DNA from: Candidatus Omnitrophota bacterium
GTDB taxonomy: Bacteria; Omnitrophota; Gorgyraeia; Ghiorseimicrobiales; Ghiorseimicrobiaceae
Assembly (NCBI GenBank): GCA_030681595.1
Contig: JAUXSB010000003.1
Coordinates: 95,207-159,206, forward strand
Reading direction: 5' to 3'
Length of the DNA stretch: 64,000 nt
This document shows positions 1 through 7,788 of the stretch, piece after piece. The position numbers and the translations under genes are program-made. Each line of letters opens with the position of its first letter. Positions within the stretch are counted from its first letter, which is position 1. A model generated the notes under the pieces. The model saw only the letters and a program-made list of their open reading frames with translations, did not search any database and was not told the origin of the DNA.

Positions 1-1371
1 CACAGATAAAACAGAAACCTCAATTTCTATATCTTTAAATTCCTCTTTGGTTACGGCCTTAAAACGCGGATCGTTTACTGCTGACTCTATCGCCATATCA
101 CGCACTGTCTTATATAAAGGGCCCTTACCCATGATATTTCCGATGCACCCGCGCAAATCACCGTGTTTACGCAAGGTAACAAACGCCCCTTTTTCTTCCA
201 AAAACACGGGGTCGGACTCATGAAAATCTTTTGTTTTACCCGTAGTTAAATATTCCGCGATTGTTTGACGGGCAATATCTAATAATCTTTTCTGCTCTGC
301 ATCTGTAAACATACCTTCCGTCCCTTCTTTTTTATCTTCCTCATTTTGAACGCCCGTATTATCATTTTTCATTTTTGATTCCTCATTTTTAATTTTACTT
401 TTATATATTACGGCGCTCAGATAACCTACAACTCTTGATTTATCTCCGGCAGTATCGCCGGAATTGGCATATTTAAGTATTTTTATACTATCTGCGCCTA
501 ATTTTTGCCCGGCCAACACTACCGCAGCCACGCCAGAAACTCCGCAAAACATATTCCCGCCGGATAAAATATTTTCCCTAAAAATAGAGTCCGCGGACAT
601 TTGTTTTAATATGCCTATTGTGCGCTTATCCCTCTCTATCGCATCTAAATAACTTAAATAATGCGACATATCTGTACTGGCGATTAAAAGGCAGTCTTTC
701 CTGTCTTTTAACACGTTGTAAAGGGCATCGGATAAGATTCTTACCGTGGAAAAATCCTGATCACCTATAGCCACAGGCACAATTAAGGCATCGGGAAATG
801 CCTTTTTTATAAAAGGCAGTTGAAGTTCTATAGAATTTTCTTCATCAAAAGCTGACGGGTAAGATTTAATTTTTTTGTTTTGGGAAATTAACGCCTCGGA
901 TAACTCTTTATCTATATTAAGCCGGCCTAACGGCGTATCAAAAGCACCTTGATTGTATACACTAACGCCATCGAATTGTTTCCTATGCGCAAAACCGATA
1001 ATGATAACAGTTTTTATGCCTAAACCTTTTACCGCCTTAACCCCGTATGCGGCAACAGGCCCGGAAAAAACTAATCCCGCATGCGGCTGGATTAGAGCAA
1101 TGACATCGCCGTTAATCTCTTGGGCGGAAACAACAGACAAAAAACTATCCAGTAGCGCTGATAATTCTTCTTTATTGGCAGGATACCAGCTACCTGCTAA
1201 ATCGGCATCTTTTATCTCTTGGGCAAAGCAGGAAAATGAAAAACAAAAAAAGAAAAGTGAAAAATTAAAAATAAATATTAAAAATTTAAAAATGACAAGC
1301 TTTAAATTATACTTTTTAATTCTTTCCGCCACTGCCGGATCCGCCTTCGGTGGAAATTTTGAATTTTTCAT
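1..1371 (-). CDS. Memo-like (AmmeMemoRadiSam system protein B) fused to a C-terminal AMMECR1 domain (system protein A); 3' end truncated by window edge
   Basis: Reverse-strand translation from ATG at 1371 gives a hydrophobic N-terminus (LVIFKFLIFIFNFSLFFFCFSFSCFA) and a Memo signature (DLAGSWYPANKEEL, IQPHAGLVFSGPVAAY). A K/E-rich linker follows, then an AMMECR1 signature (GAFVTLRKHGDLRGCIG); the ORF runs off the window. The ORF track lists only spurious antisense ORFs (464..652, 953..1381). The exact start is uncertain; a GTG a few codons downstream is possible and there is no clear SD. Confidence 0.75.
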   Translation of the reverse strand, partial: MKNSKFPPKADPAVAERIKKYNLKLVIFKFLIFIFNFSLFFFCFSFSCFAQEIKDADLAGSWYPANKEELSALLDSFLSVVSAQEINGDVIALIQPHAGLVFSGPVAAYGVKAVKGLGIKTVIIIGFAHRKQFDGVSVYNQGAFDTPLGRLNIDKELSEALISQNKKIKSYPSAFDEENSIELQLPFIKKAFPDALIVPVAIGDQDFSTVRILSDALYNVLKDRKDCLLIASTDMSHYLSYLDAIERDKRTIGILKQMSADSIFRENILSGGNMFCGVSGVAAVVLAGQKLGADSIKILKYANSGDTAGDKSRVVGYLSAVIYKSKIKNEESKMKNDNTGVQNEEDKKEGTEGMFTDAEQKRLLDIARQTIAEYLTTGKTKDFHESDPVFLEEKGAFVTLRKHGDLRGCIGNIMGKGPLYKTVRDMAIESAVNDPRFKAVTKEEFKDIEIEVSVLSV

Positions 1372-1381
1372 TTCGGAATGA

Positions 1382-1394
1382 TCAGGTGTTCGCT
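1382..1394. repeat. 13-bp direct repeat TCAGGTGTTCGCT (copy 1; partner at 1679..1691)
   Basis: Exact 13-mer seen at both positions. The pair brackets the partial tRNA fragment and three hairpins, immediately 3' of tRNA-Ala. Confidence 0.6.
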
Positions 1395-1517
1395 TTCTAA
1401 TCTGCCCCTTGCGTAAACGCTTGAAAATTTCGGAGAAATTTTCTGCGCACGCTTCGGGATTAGTTCAGCCAAATAACTTAGCTTCGTTATCACTCGCTAA
1501 GTTATGGCTTCACTAAG

Positions 1518-1553
1518 TGGAGCTGAGGGGAGTCGAACCCGCTAACCCGTCGC
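1518..1553 (-). pseudogene. Truncated duplicate of tRNA-Ala 3' half (T-arm plus acceptor 3' strand only)
   Basis: Plus-strand TGGAGCTGAGGGGAGTCGAACCC at 1518-1540 is identical over 23 nt to 1734-1756 of the intact tRNA. There is no D-arm, anticodon arm or 5' acceptor strand upstream of it. Confidence 0.6.
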
Positions 1554-1570
1554 TCGTAAAACTCGCTCCT

Positions 1571-1663
1571 TAAAAAGAAACCCTGATGGTTTCTTTTTAA
1601 TATTTTTCTTCCTTCCGCAGGAAGGTAAACGCCTCTTAAGGGGAAACAATCTTTCCCCTTAAG
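1571..1663. other. Three consecutive perfect hairpins between tRNA-Ala and its partial duplicate
   Basis: AAAAAGAAACC-ctgat-GGTTTCTTTTT (1571-1597); CCTTCC-gca-GGAAGG (about 1607-1624); CTTAAGGGGAAA-caatc-TTTCCCCTTAAG (1635-1663). Confidence 0.55.
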
Positions 1664-1678
1664 AATCCCCCTTTGGGG

Positions 1679-1691
1679 TCAGGTGTTCGCT
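1679..1691. repeat. 13-bp direct repeat TCAGGTGTTCGCT (copy 2)
   Basis: Exact match to 1382..1394. Confidence 0.6.
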
Positions 1692-1730
1692 ACATCATAG
1701 AATAAAACAATATTTTCAATAAACGCTTAT

Positions 1731-1806
1731 TGGTGGAGCTGAGGGGAGTCGAACCCCTGACCCCCTCGTTGCGAACGAGGTGCTCTCCCAACTGAGCTAC
1801 AGCCCC
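1731..1806 (-). tRNA. tRNA-Ala (anticodon CGC), CCA encoded
   Basis: The reverse complement reads GGGGCUGUAGCUCAGUUGGGAGAGCACCUCGUUCGCAACGAGGGGGUCAGGGGUUCGACUCCCCUCAGCUCCACCA. It has the G3:U70 Ala identity pair, a 7-nt anticodon loop UUCGCAA and the T-loop GGTTCGA. Confidence 0.9.
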
Positions 1807-1894
1807 AATTTTCACTAAAATATATCAGATAAAAAGTTTAGCTTAATTAAATTAACATAATATCTGAGTATTTGCAAATGGAAATTTTAATCCC

Positions 1895-2025
1895 GCAAGC
1901 CAGAGGGCAGTGGTTTGGCTTTCAATATAGCCAAAGCCGCAAGCCAGAGGGCGGTGGTTTGGCTTTCAATATAGCCAAAGCCGCAAGCCAGAGGGCAGTG
2001 GTTTGGCGCGCAATTTGCCAAAGCT
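1895..2025. repeat. Tandem 44-bp repeat x3 (third copy degenerate), unit GCAAGCCAGAGGGC(A/G)GTGGTTTGGCTTTCAATATAGCCAAAGCC
   Basis: Units at about 1895-1938, 1939-1982 and 1983-2025. Each contains the internal palindrome TTTGGCT..AGCCAAA. ORF-track ORF 1872..2072 is a repeat artefact. The array sits between tRNA-Ala and the 3' end of the pilin gene cluster. Confidence 0.8.
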
Positions 2026-2068
2026 ACTATAGGCGGCCGATTAGGAAAATTTTGTATTACAAATGGAA

Positions 2069-2656
2069 TTAATTGCCTGATTGGGAGATAGCGTAAGCCG
2101 TGGTAGTAAGAGTCATGATGGGATTATTGACAGTACCGCACTGATTAGGCGCTACGCCTGCCGGATTATAACAAGCAGTAATAGCTACATTAGCCCCAAT
2201 AGGAACAAGGGTAGGGCTGGTTCTAATGGCTAAAAAAAACACTGTAATCCTACTAGAAAGTACCCGGAAAGCCGCCGGTAAAGCTCCGGCGTATGGGCCA
2301 TAATATCTCATCTCGTTACCCACTGTCTGATAAGTATACCCGAAATCATCGGTAGTAGCCTTTGTGGGGGGGTTATGTTGATTACCAACATTATCTATAT
2401 CCATCCTAATGTTAATCCGGTTTGCCGCAATGGTTATTCCGGGATTATTCACCCAGCCCCCCGACCTGTTTATGTCTCTTTTAATACTCAAAAGAATGGG
2501 GCTAAGTTCGTTCTGCAGCTCTGCCTGACGGTCAGAAACCCTCAAGAATCTTCTTGAGGCTAAATCAACAGTTGCCCCGGTAAGCAGTATCATGCTAAGC
2601 AAAAAAACTGCTACCATTAACTCTACTAAAGTAACTGCCCGAGTTTTAACGCTCAC
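2069..2656 (-). CDS. Prepilin-type N-terminal cleavage/methylation domain protein (minor pilin/pseudopilin)
   Basis: N-terminus MSVKTRAVTLVELMVAVFLLSMILL is a class III signal with a hydrophobic helix. GTG start. Last gene of four pilin-like genes. Confidence 0.7.
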   Translation of the reverse strand: MSVKTRAVTLVELMVAVFLLSMILLTGATVDLASRRFLRVSDRQAELQNELSPILLSIKRDINRSGGWVNNPGITIAANRINIRMDIDNVGNQHNPPTKATTDDFGYTYQTVGNEMRYYGPYAGALPAAFRVLSSRITVFFLAIRTSPTLVPIGANVAITACYNPAGVAPNQCGTVNNPIMTLTTTAYAISQSGN

Positions 2657-3131
2657 TCCACCTTACCTGCATATAGGCCCTGCGGCATTGCCCGCCGTCG
2701 TTAACAAGGGATGGAAAATTATTGTGGGTATCTTGGTCGACTCTATAGCGATATTGCATCTGGAAAGGATCGCCGACAGCTGCAACTGACCAATTTGTCC
2801 ATGCGCCATTTATGGCCAGCCAGTTTAAAAGAGGGTCCGGGTTAGCTGCCATCAACCACCAGTCCTGCCGGACAGCCTGCCTGCGAAATTCAATTTCCTG
2901 CTGGATTAAGTTAACCGCCATCAGGCGCCTGCCTGTCCTAAACGTATACCTGTTACCGGCAATAAAAACACTGAATAGGCCGCCGATAGTTACCGCCATA
3001 ATCAGAGCTGAGATAATAATTTCGATTAAAGTAAACCCCGAACGATACCAACCCGGATTCGTTCTGACAAATGGTTTATCCTTAGGCAGACGCGAATTAA
3101 CCGTGTTATTCGCATAAAAACTATTTATCAT
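2646..3131 (-). CDS. Prepilin-type minor pilin-like protein
   Basis: GFTLIEIIISALIMAVTIGGLF motif follows a roughly 30-aa leader. The leader is unusually long, so the true start is uncertain. Confidence 0.6.
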   Translation of the reverse strand: MINSFYANNTVNSRLPKDKPFVRTNPGWYRSGFTLIEIIISALIMAVTIGGLFSVFIAGNRYTFRTGRRLMAVNLIQQEIEFRRQAVRQDWWLMAANPDPLLNWLAINGAWTNWSVAAVGDPFQMQYRYRVDQDTHNNFPSLVNDGGQCRRAYMQVRWSER

Positions 3132-3145
3132 ATTCTTTAGGATTA

Positions 3146-3595
3146 CTACATTGCCGCGGCTGGTATGGGACAGCGGCCGGTATTAGCAAGGGTGCCATTT
3201 TGATTAATCGTATAAGTACAGATATTTCCGACCGGCGCAAAAGGCCCGCGGGTCCTCGCAGCTTGGGCGGTAAAAGCATTTACATTGGCTACGGGAATAT
3301 CGTAATTCCAATTGATTTCATTAAGGTTAAGGCGTAACGCGGTGTTGCCTGAGCCGGCAGCGGTAAAATTACCCGCATTTATATCTACGCCGTAATAAAT
3401 GGCTAATTGGCTGTAATATATATCCTCGGCGGCGCGTATCAGGCGTAAAGCGGTAACTCCCTCCCGGGCAATGCTTTTTTCCACAGCCGAATAATACTGG
3501 CTAAAACTCAAAGTGGCCAAGATACCGATAATTACCACTACAACTACTAATTCTATGAGGGTAAGGCTTATCTTCGGCTTCTTGGCCACTAACAT
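3146..3595 (-). CDS. Type IV pilin / pseudopilin
   Basis: MLVAKKPKISLTLIELVVVVVIIGILATL is a canonical prepilin leader plus N-terminal helix. Confidence 0.75.
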   Translation of the reverse strand: MLVAKKPKISLTLIELVVVVVIIGILATLSFSQYYSAVEKSIAREGVTALRLIRAAEDIYYSQLAIYYGVDINAGNFTAAGSGNTALRLNLNEINWNYDIPVANVNAFTAQAARTRGPFAPVGNICTYTINQNGTLANTGRCPIPAAAM

Positions 3596-3640
3596 TATTT
3601 TTTTATTTCTGGGGATATTATAAGGTTTAAAATACCCTAA

Positions 3641-4117
3641 TTAATAACCGCCGGTTCCAGACCAGACATCTGTACCCGCAGGTAAACTTGTTCTAATTAG
3701 AAGCGTCCTACCGGTTGCAGTTGCGCTTGCCCCACCTTTACCCGAGCTACCGCACCTTGTTGCTGTAACCGTCAGAACAGGACTGTTGCCGGCGCTTGCT
3801 ACAAAACCATAACTAAAGTAATGCGAAGCCCTGCAGTTTCCAGCCGAAGGAACCTGATCGTTCTGTGTACCAATGCCGGCAGTCAACTCGATAAAATTTT
3901 CATTAGTATTTGCCATACCTGTTAACGCATTATATTGCATATAATGCGCTGCGGCTGAACCACGAACCTGTCCGAGTATTGCTTTTGCCTCAGCGCCGCG
4001 GCTTCTCTCCACCATCTGGCCATACTGGTTAAGGCCCAAAGAAGCCAGAATACCAATAATGATGATTACTACCACTAACTCCAAAAGCGTAAAACCCTTT
4101 CTGTCCAACATCCGCAC
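3641..4117 (-). CDS. Type IV pilin / GspG-like major (pseudo)pilin
   Basis: MRMLDRKGFTLLELVVVIIIIGILASLGLNQY. First gene after the leader cassette, with SD AAGGAGGTG. Confidence 0.75.
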   Translation of the reverse strand: MRMLDRKGFTLLELVVVIIIIGILASLGLNQYGQMVERSRGAEAKAILGQVRGSAAAHYMQYNALTGMANTNENFIELTAGIGTQNDQVPSAGNCRASHYFSYGFVASAGNSPVLTVTATRCGSSGKGGASATATGRTLLIRTSLPAGTDVWSGTGGY

Positions 4118-4210
4118 CTCCTTAATAGGCGCATAATCCCGAAGCTTCGGAATTATTTGCGCAAATTACTGTCGAAAGCTGCGAGAAAAATTTGGAACAA
4201 ATTTTTCAAG
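4118..4210 (-). promoter_or_regulatory. Conserved 5' leader cassette (copy 1) with palindrome AAAAATTTG-gaa-CAAATTTTT; near-identical copy upstream of dapB
   Basis: Minus-strand read: cttgaaaaatttgttccaaatttttctcgcagctttcgacagtaatttgcgcaaataa..ttatgcgcctattaaggagg. About 60 nt are nearly identical to 42248-42304, and a related SD-proximal block follows. Confidence 0.55.
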
Positions 4211-4311
4211 CATTTAGCATTCGGTTAAATTATATAAAAATTCTCGCTTTTACGGTACAAATTTCTATCTGCCATCAAGCAGATATACGTTCAGGCATCC
4301 ACCTCCATTTT

Positions 4312-4339
4312 AGTTTATCATGCTAACTTTTTTTGTCAA
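4312..4339 (-). promoter_or_regulatory. Candidate sigma70 promoter (TTGACA-16-TAAACT) driving the pilin leader
   Basis: Minus-strand read TTGACAaaaaaagttagcatgaTAAACT. Located about 190 nt upstream of the pilin start. Confidence 0.4.
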
Positions 4340-4379
4340 CCAAAATTTGCCAACTGGCGTTTAAATTTTGGTTGATGCC

Positions 4380-4560
4380 GCGAATCCTTTTGCGACGCAA
4401 GGAGAAGAAATCTGCCTGCCATAACGCTTGTCGGGCGCGGCCGCAAATACTTTCGCGGCCCGCCCGAACGACTGCTATTCAGCCCGCCTGACTCCCGCCC
4501 GAACGACATCCAGTCGGGCGCGGTCATTCGGGCAGGTCGGGCGCGGCGCATAAATCATGC
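4380..4560. repeat. GC-rich (about 60% GC) nested direct/inverted repeat island
   Basis: GTCGGGCGCGG x3 (about 4428, 4513, 4536). CCCGCCCGAACGAC x2 (about 4459, 4492). Palindrome GCGGCCGC-aaatacttt-CGCGGCC. GC content contrasts sharply with the flanking AT-rich DNA. ORF 4336..4551 here is judged repeat-driven. Confidence 0.6.
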
Positions 4561-5840
4561 TAAAGGCCGGCGCCTGTTGAAGAAGCCATATTCACCATAC
4601 TGAATATAGGTAAAAATAATGCTACCAGCATAACTCCTATTACACCGCCCATAAATAAAAGCATTATCGGCTCAAAAATAGTGGCGAACCTTGAAACAAA
4701 AGTCTCTAAATACTCATCATAAAAATTGGCAACACGCCTGAACATTTTTGCGAGCTCTCCTACTTCCTCACCTACGGAAATCATCTGCACAACCAGAGGT
4801 TCAAAAAAATTGCTTTTATCCAAAAGCTCTGCCAATGGCCTGCCCTCCCTGACATTCGTTTTGATGCTGCGAATTATCCCTTCTAATATTTTATTGCCTA
4901 CGCTGCGCTCGGTAATCTCTAAGGCATAAAGTATAGGCACGCCGCCTTCAATCAATGTAGCCATCTCGGAAGTAAACCTCTCTACGGCAAGAATCTTAAA
5001 AAAATTGCCAAACACCGGAAGCTTTATTTTTACAGCGTCAACAACACGCTTTCCTGACGGATTTTGGCTAAACTGTTTATAGGCAAAAGTCATTAAAACT
5101 AAAATACCTATCCCCGGGAAAAAACCTTTCCTGACTAAAACGCTAAGTTTAACCAGCATCACCGTCAAAACGGGCAGTTCCGCGCCGAAACTTTCAAACA
5201 GGCTGGCAAACGTAGGCACAATTTTTATTACAAAAAATATAATCGCGCCTGTCGCCACAAAAAAGAGCAGCGCCGGATAAATAAGCGCCGAGACTATCTT
5301 TCTTCTAAAATTAGCCTGCATCTCCAGGTATTTGGCAAGCCTGTCTAAAACTAAAGCTAAATTCCCGCTTGCCTCTCCTGATTCAACCAAGTTAACCCAT
5401 AAATCCGAAAATATCTTCGGATGCTTAGAAAGAGCATCTTTTAAGGTTAAGCCCTCCTCTACGCCTTTTTTTGCCTCAGCAGTTACGTTATATAACATGC
5501 TTGAATCTACCTGCTTCATTAAGGTATCCAAGCTTTTATGTATTGTAATACCTGAATCGAGAAGGGTGGCTAATTGCCGTGCAAAAAAAACCAAGTCGTA
5601 TAACTTAACCCTGCGGTGCGTAAATCTCCTGGTAGCCCGTCTGCCGAAGCTAGCGCCTGGGTCAACCTGCCTTTTGTCTAAAGAAGTAATTTTTACAACC
5701 AGAAGCCCTTTTTCCTGAAGCCTGCCTATCAAGGCCTCTTCCGAAGGGACATCCACGATTCCGGATTCCTTTTTACCATCTTTGGTCCTGGCTACATAAG
5801 AAAACCTGCCCAAATTATCCCTCCCAAAAATCAAATACAA
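4560..5840 (-). CDS. pilC: Type II secretion system F-family platform protein (PilC/GspF)
   Basis: 426 aa with a conserved GspF-type N-terminus (FSYVARTKDGKKESGIVDVPSEEALIGRLQEKGLLVV) and paired 3-TM modules. Confidence 0.9.
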   Translation of the reverse strand: MYLIFGRDNLGRFSYVARTKDGKKESGIVDVPSEEALIGRLQEKGLLVVKITSLDKRQVDPGASFGRRATRRFTHRRVKLYDLVFFARQLATLLDSGITIHKSLDTLMKQVDSSMLYNVTAEAKKGVEEGLTLKDALSKHPKIFSDLWVNLVESGEASGNLALVLDRLAKYLEMQANFRRKIVSALIYPALLFFVATGAIIFFVIKIVPTFASLFESFGAELPVLTVMLVKLSVLVRKGFFPGIGILVLMTFAYKQFSQNPSGKRVVDAVKIKLPVFGNFFKILAVERFTSEMATLIEGGVPILYALEITERSVGNKILEGIIRSIKTNVREGRPLAELLDKSNFFEPLVVQMISVGEEVGELAKMFRRVANFYDEYLETFVSRFATIFEPIMLLFMGGVIGVMLVALFLPIFSMVNMASSTGAGL

Positions 5841-5852
5841 ACATTGCCGGGA

Positions 5853-7568
5853 TTATCCCCCTAAAGCTACGCTCAGTACCTCTTCAAGGCTGGTAAGCCC
5901 CTTCTCTACCTTTTTTATTCCGCTTTCATACAGCGTGCGCATATTGTGCTTAACCGCTAGATCCCTGATTGCCTTTATCGACGCTCCATGAATAATAGCC
6001 TCGATAAATTCGTCATTTATCAGCATTACTTCAGCTATGGAAATACGGCCTTTATAGCCTATATTATTGCACTTAGCGCATCCTTTAGGCCGATAAATCA
6101 AATCCGCTTCTATTTTAACATCGCCGATTTTATCTATTGTCGGCTCATATGCCTCTTTGCATTCCGGGCACAAAACCCGCACTAAACGCTGGGCTACGAT
6201 TGCGATTAAGGAAGGCAACAAAAGATAAGGTTCAATGCCGATATCTATCAAGCGCGTAACAGCACTGGCCGCATCGTTGGTATGAAGGGTACTTAAAACC
6301 AAGTGGCCGGTAAGAGCGCTTCTTATGCAAATCTGAGCCGTCTCTAAATCCCTGACCTCTCCGACTAACATTATATCCGGGTCCTGCCTTAAAAAAGTCT
6401 TCAGCGCCTCCGCAAAAGTAAGGCCTATCTCAGGCCTGACCTGAACCTGATTAACGCCGTCAAGCCTGTATTCCACCGGGTCTTCAACGGTAATAATATT
6501 CTTATGAGGAGACTTCACTTCATTCAAAGCCGCATAAAGCGTAGTAGTCTTACCAGAGCCTGTGGGGCCGGTCAGAAATATTAAACCATACGGGCTCCTC
6601 ATCGCTTTCCTGAAATCTTCCAGCTGCCTTTCATCAAAACCAAGGCTAGCTAAATCAGTTTTTATGCTTTCTTTATCCAAAATCCTTAAGACCATTTTTT
6701 CGCCCCAGATAGTGGGTATTGTAGAAACACGGACATCGATATTTCTGTCTTTAGCTTTAACCATAAAGGCCCCTCCCTGAGGAAGCCTTTTTTCGGCAAT
6801 ATTCAAATTGGATAAAATTTTTATGCGGGAAAGGATCGGCAAATGTAAATGCTTTGCCGGCGGAGGAATTTCATAAAGCTTGCCGTCAATGCGGTAGCGC
6901 AGGTTAATCCTGTCCTTGAAAGGCTCGACATGGATATCCGATGCCCTTTCTTCAATAGCCTGTCCGATAATTAAATCCACCAATTTAACCACCGGGGCTT
7001 CTTCCGCTTTCTCAATAAGCTTATCAAGGCTTAAGCCTTCATCTATCTGATCCATATCCTCTTCTCTGGTGAAGGTCTTATCCATATGGTAAGATTCCCG
7101 GATTGCCTGTTTAAGCACGTCTGATTTACTATAAAATTTATCAATCGCCTCTTCAATGTCGGCCTTTGTGGCAATCACAGGGTTTATCTCGCAGCCAGTC
7201 ATCTTTCTTAAATTATCCAGGAGAATTAAATCAAAAGGGTCGGATATCGTGCAGGTAAGAGAGTTTAAATTACGTGATAAGGGAAGAATACAATGCTTCT
7301 GCGCATAATCCTTAACGATTAACTCTTCCAAGCCTTGGTCAACCGCAGGTTTAAGATGCCCGGTTCCTAAGCTAACATAAGGAATGGACAATTGCTTGCC
7401 GATAGCGGCAATCATATCCTGCTCAGAAATGAAACCTAATTTTACAAGGATTTCCCCCAGCCGGCCCTTTTCCTCTACCTGCATAGCCAATGCCTTATTA
7501 AGCTGGTCCTCAGTAATAAAACCTTCCTTAATTAATATCTGGCCTAATTTTAAATAAATGCGTGCCAT
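5853..7568 (-). CDS. pilB: PilB/GspE-family assembly ATPase with N-terminal MshEN/GSPII_E_N domain
   Basis: Walker A GPTGSGKTTTLYAAL, Asp/His boxes and a C-terminal tetracysteine (CPECKEAYEP..CAKCNNIGYKGR). N-terminal domain LGQILIKEGFITEDQLNKALAMQ. Confidence 0.9.
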   Translation of the reverse strand: MARIYLKLGQILIKEGFITEDQLNKALAMQVEEKGRLGEILVKLGFISEQDMIAAIGKQLSIPYVSLGTGHLKPAVDQGLEELIVKDYAQKHCILPLSRNLNSLTCTISDPFDLILLDNLRKMTGCEINPVIATKADIEEAIDKFYSKSDVLKQAIRESYHMDKTFTREEDMDQIDEGLSLDKLIEKAEEAPVVKLVDLIIGQAIEERASDIHVEPFKDRINLRYRIDGKLYEIPPPAKHLHLPILSRIKILSNLNIAEKRLPQGGAFMVKAKDRNIDVRVSTIPTIWGEKMVLRILDKESIKTDLASLGFDERQLEDFRKAMRSPYGLIFLTGPTGSGKTTTLYAALNEVKSPHKNIITVEDPVEYRLDGVNQVQVRPEIGLTFAEALKTFLRQDPDIMLVGEVRDLETAQICIRSALTGHLVLSTLHTNDAASAVTRLIDIGIEPYLLLPSLIAIVAQRLVRVLCPECKEAYEPTIDKIGDVKIEADLIYRPKGCAKCNNIGYKGRISIAEVMLINDEFIEAIIHGASIKAIRDLAVKHNMRTLYESGIKKVEKGLTSLEEVLSVALGG

Positions 7569-7587
7569 ACGAATCTCCGCGGGCTAT

Positions 7588-7664
7588 GGTTCGACTTCGT
7601 AGTTCGACAAGCTCACTATCCTGAGCAAAGTCGAAGGACTCACCATCCTGAGCCTGTCGAAGGA
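7588..7664. repeat. Intergenic structured repeats: GTTCGAC x2 followed by a tandem 27-bp unit x2 (CTCACYATCCTGAGC...GTCGAAGGA)
   Basis: Units at 7612-7638 and 7639-7664. GTTCGAC and GTCGAAC are complementary, giving potential hairpins. Located between the secretin and pilB. Confidence 0.5.
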
Positions 7665-7788
7665 AAGCCCTCTATTTCTTCTTTTCTGCGCCTTGTGCGC
7701 GGAATCCCGTCTACCATCTATCCTCGGCCACAAAGCCTAAGGTTTCCCAAGACGAGATAAACCTGCCTACCCCTCAAAGTAAATGAGG

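Noticed and set aside
464-1381. Plus-strand ORFs 464..652 and 953..1381 from the ORF track
   Set aside because: Low-complexity antisense translations lying entirely inside the well-supported minus-strand Memo/AMMECR1 gene.
1381-1566. Possible tmRNA (ssrA), standard or circularly permuted, suggested by a tRNA-Ala-like T-arm/acceptor 3' strand without an anticodon arm
   Set aside because: No 5' acceptor strand (GGGGCUG/GGAGCUG) pairs with CAGCUCC on either side. No tag reading frame ending in ..LAA-stop. No recognisable pseudoknot series. The 23-nt identity to the adjacent tRNA-Ala fits a duplication scar better.
1895-2025. CRISPR array
   Set aside because: Units are contiguous 44-bp tandem repeats with no unique spacers; no cas genes nearby.
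4118-4330. c-di-GMP-I (GEMM) riboswitch upstream of the pilin gene
   Set aside because: A CGCAAAAGG fragment is present, but the GEMM P1/P2 architecture with GNRA tetraloop and receptor could not be built; the leader is instead shared with dapB.
4336-4551. ORF 4336..4551 (71 aa, Arg/Pro/Gly-rich)
   Set aside because: Lies entirely in the GC-rich repeat island. Its composition is repeat-driven (runs of CGGGCG), with no SD and no recognisable domain.
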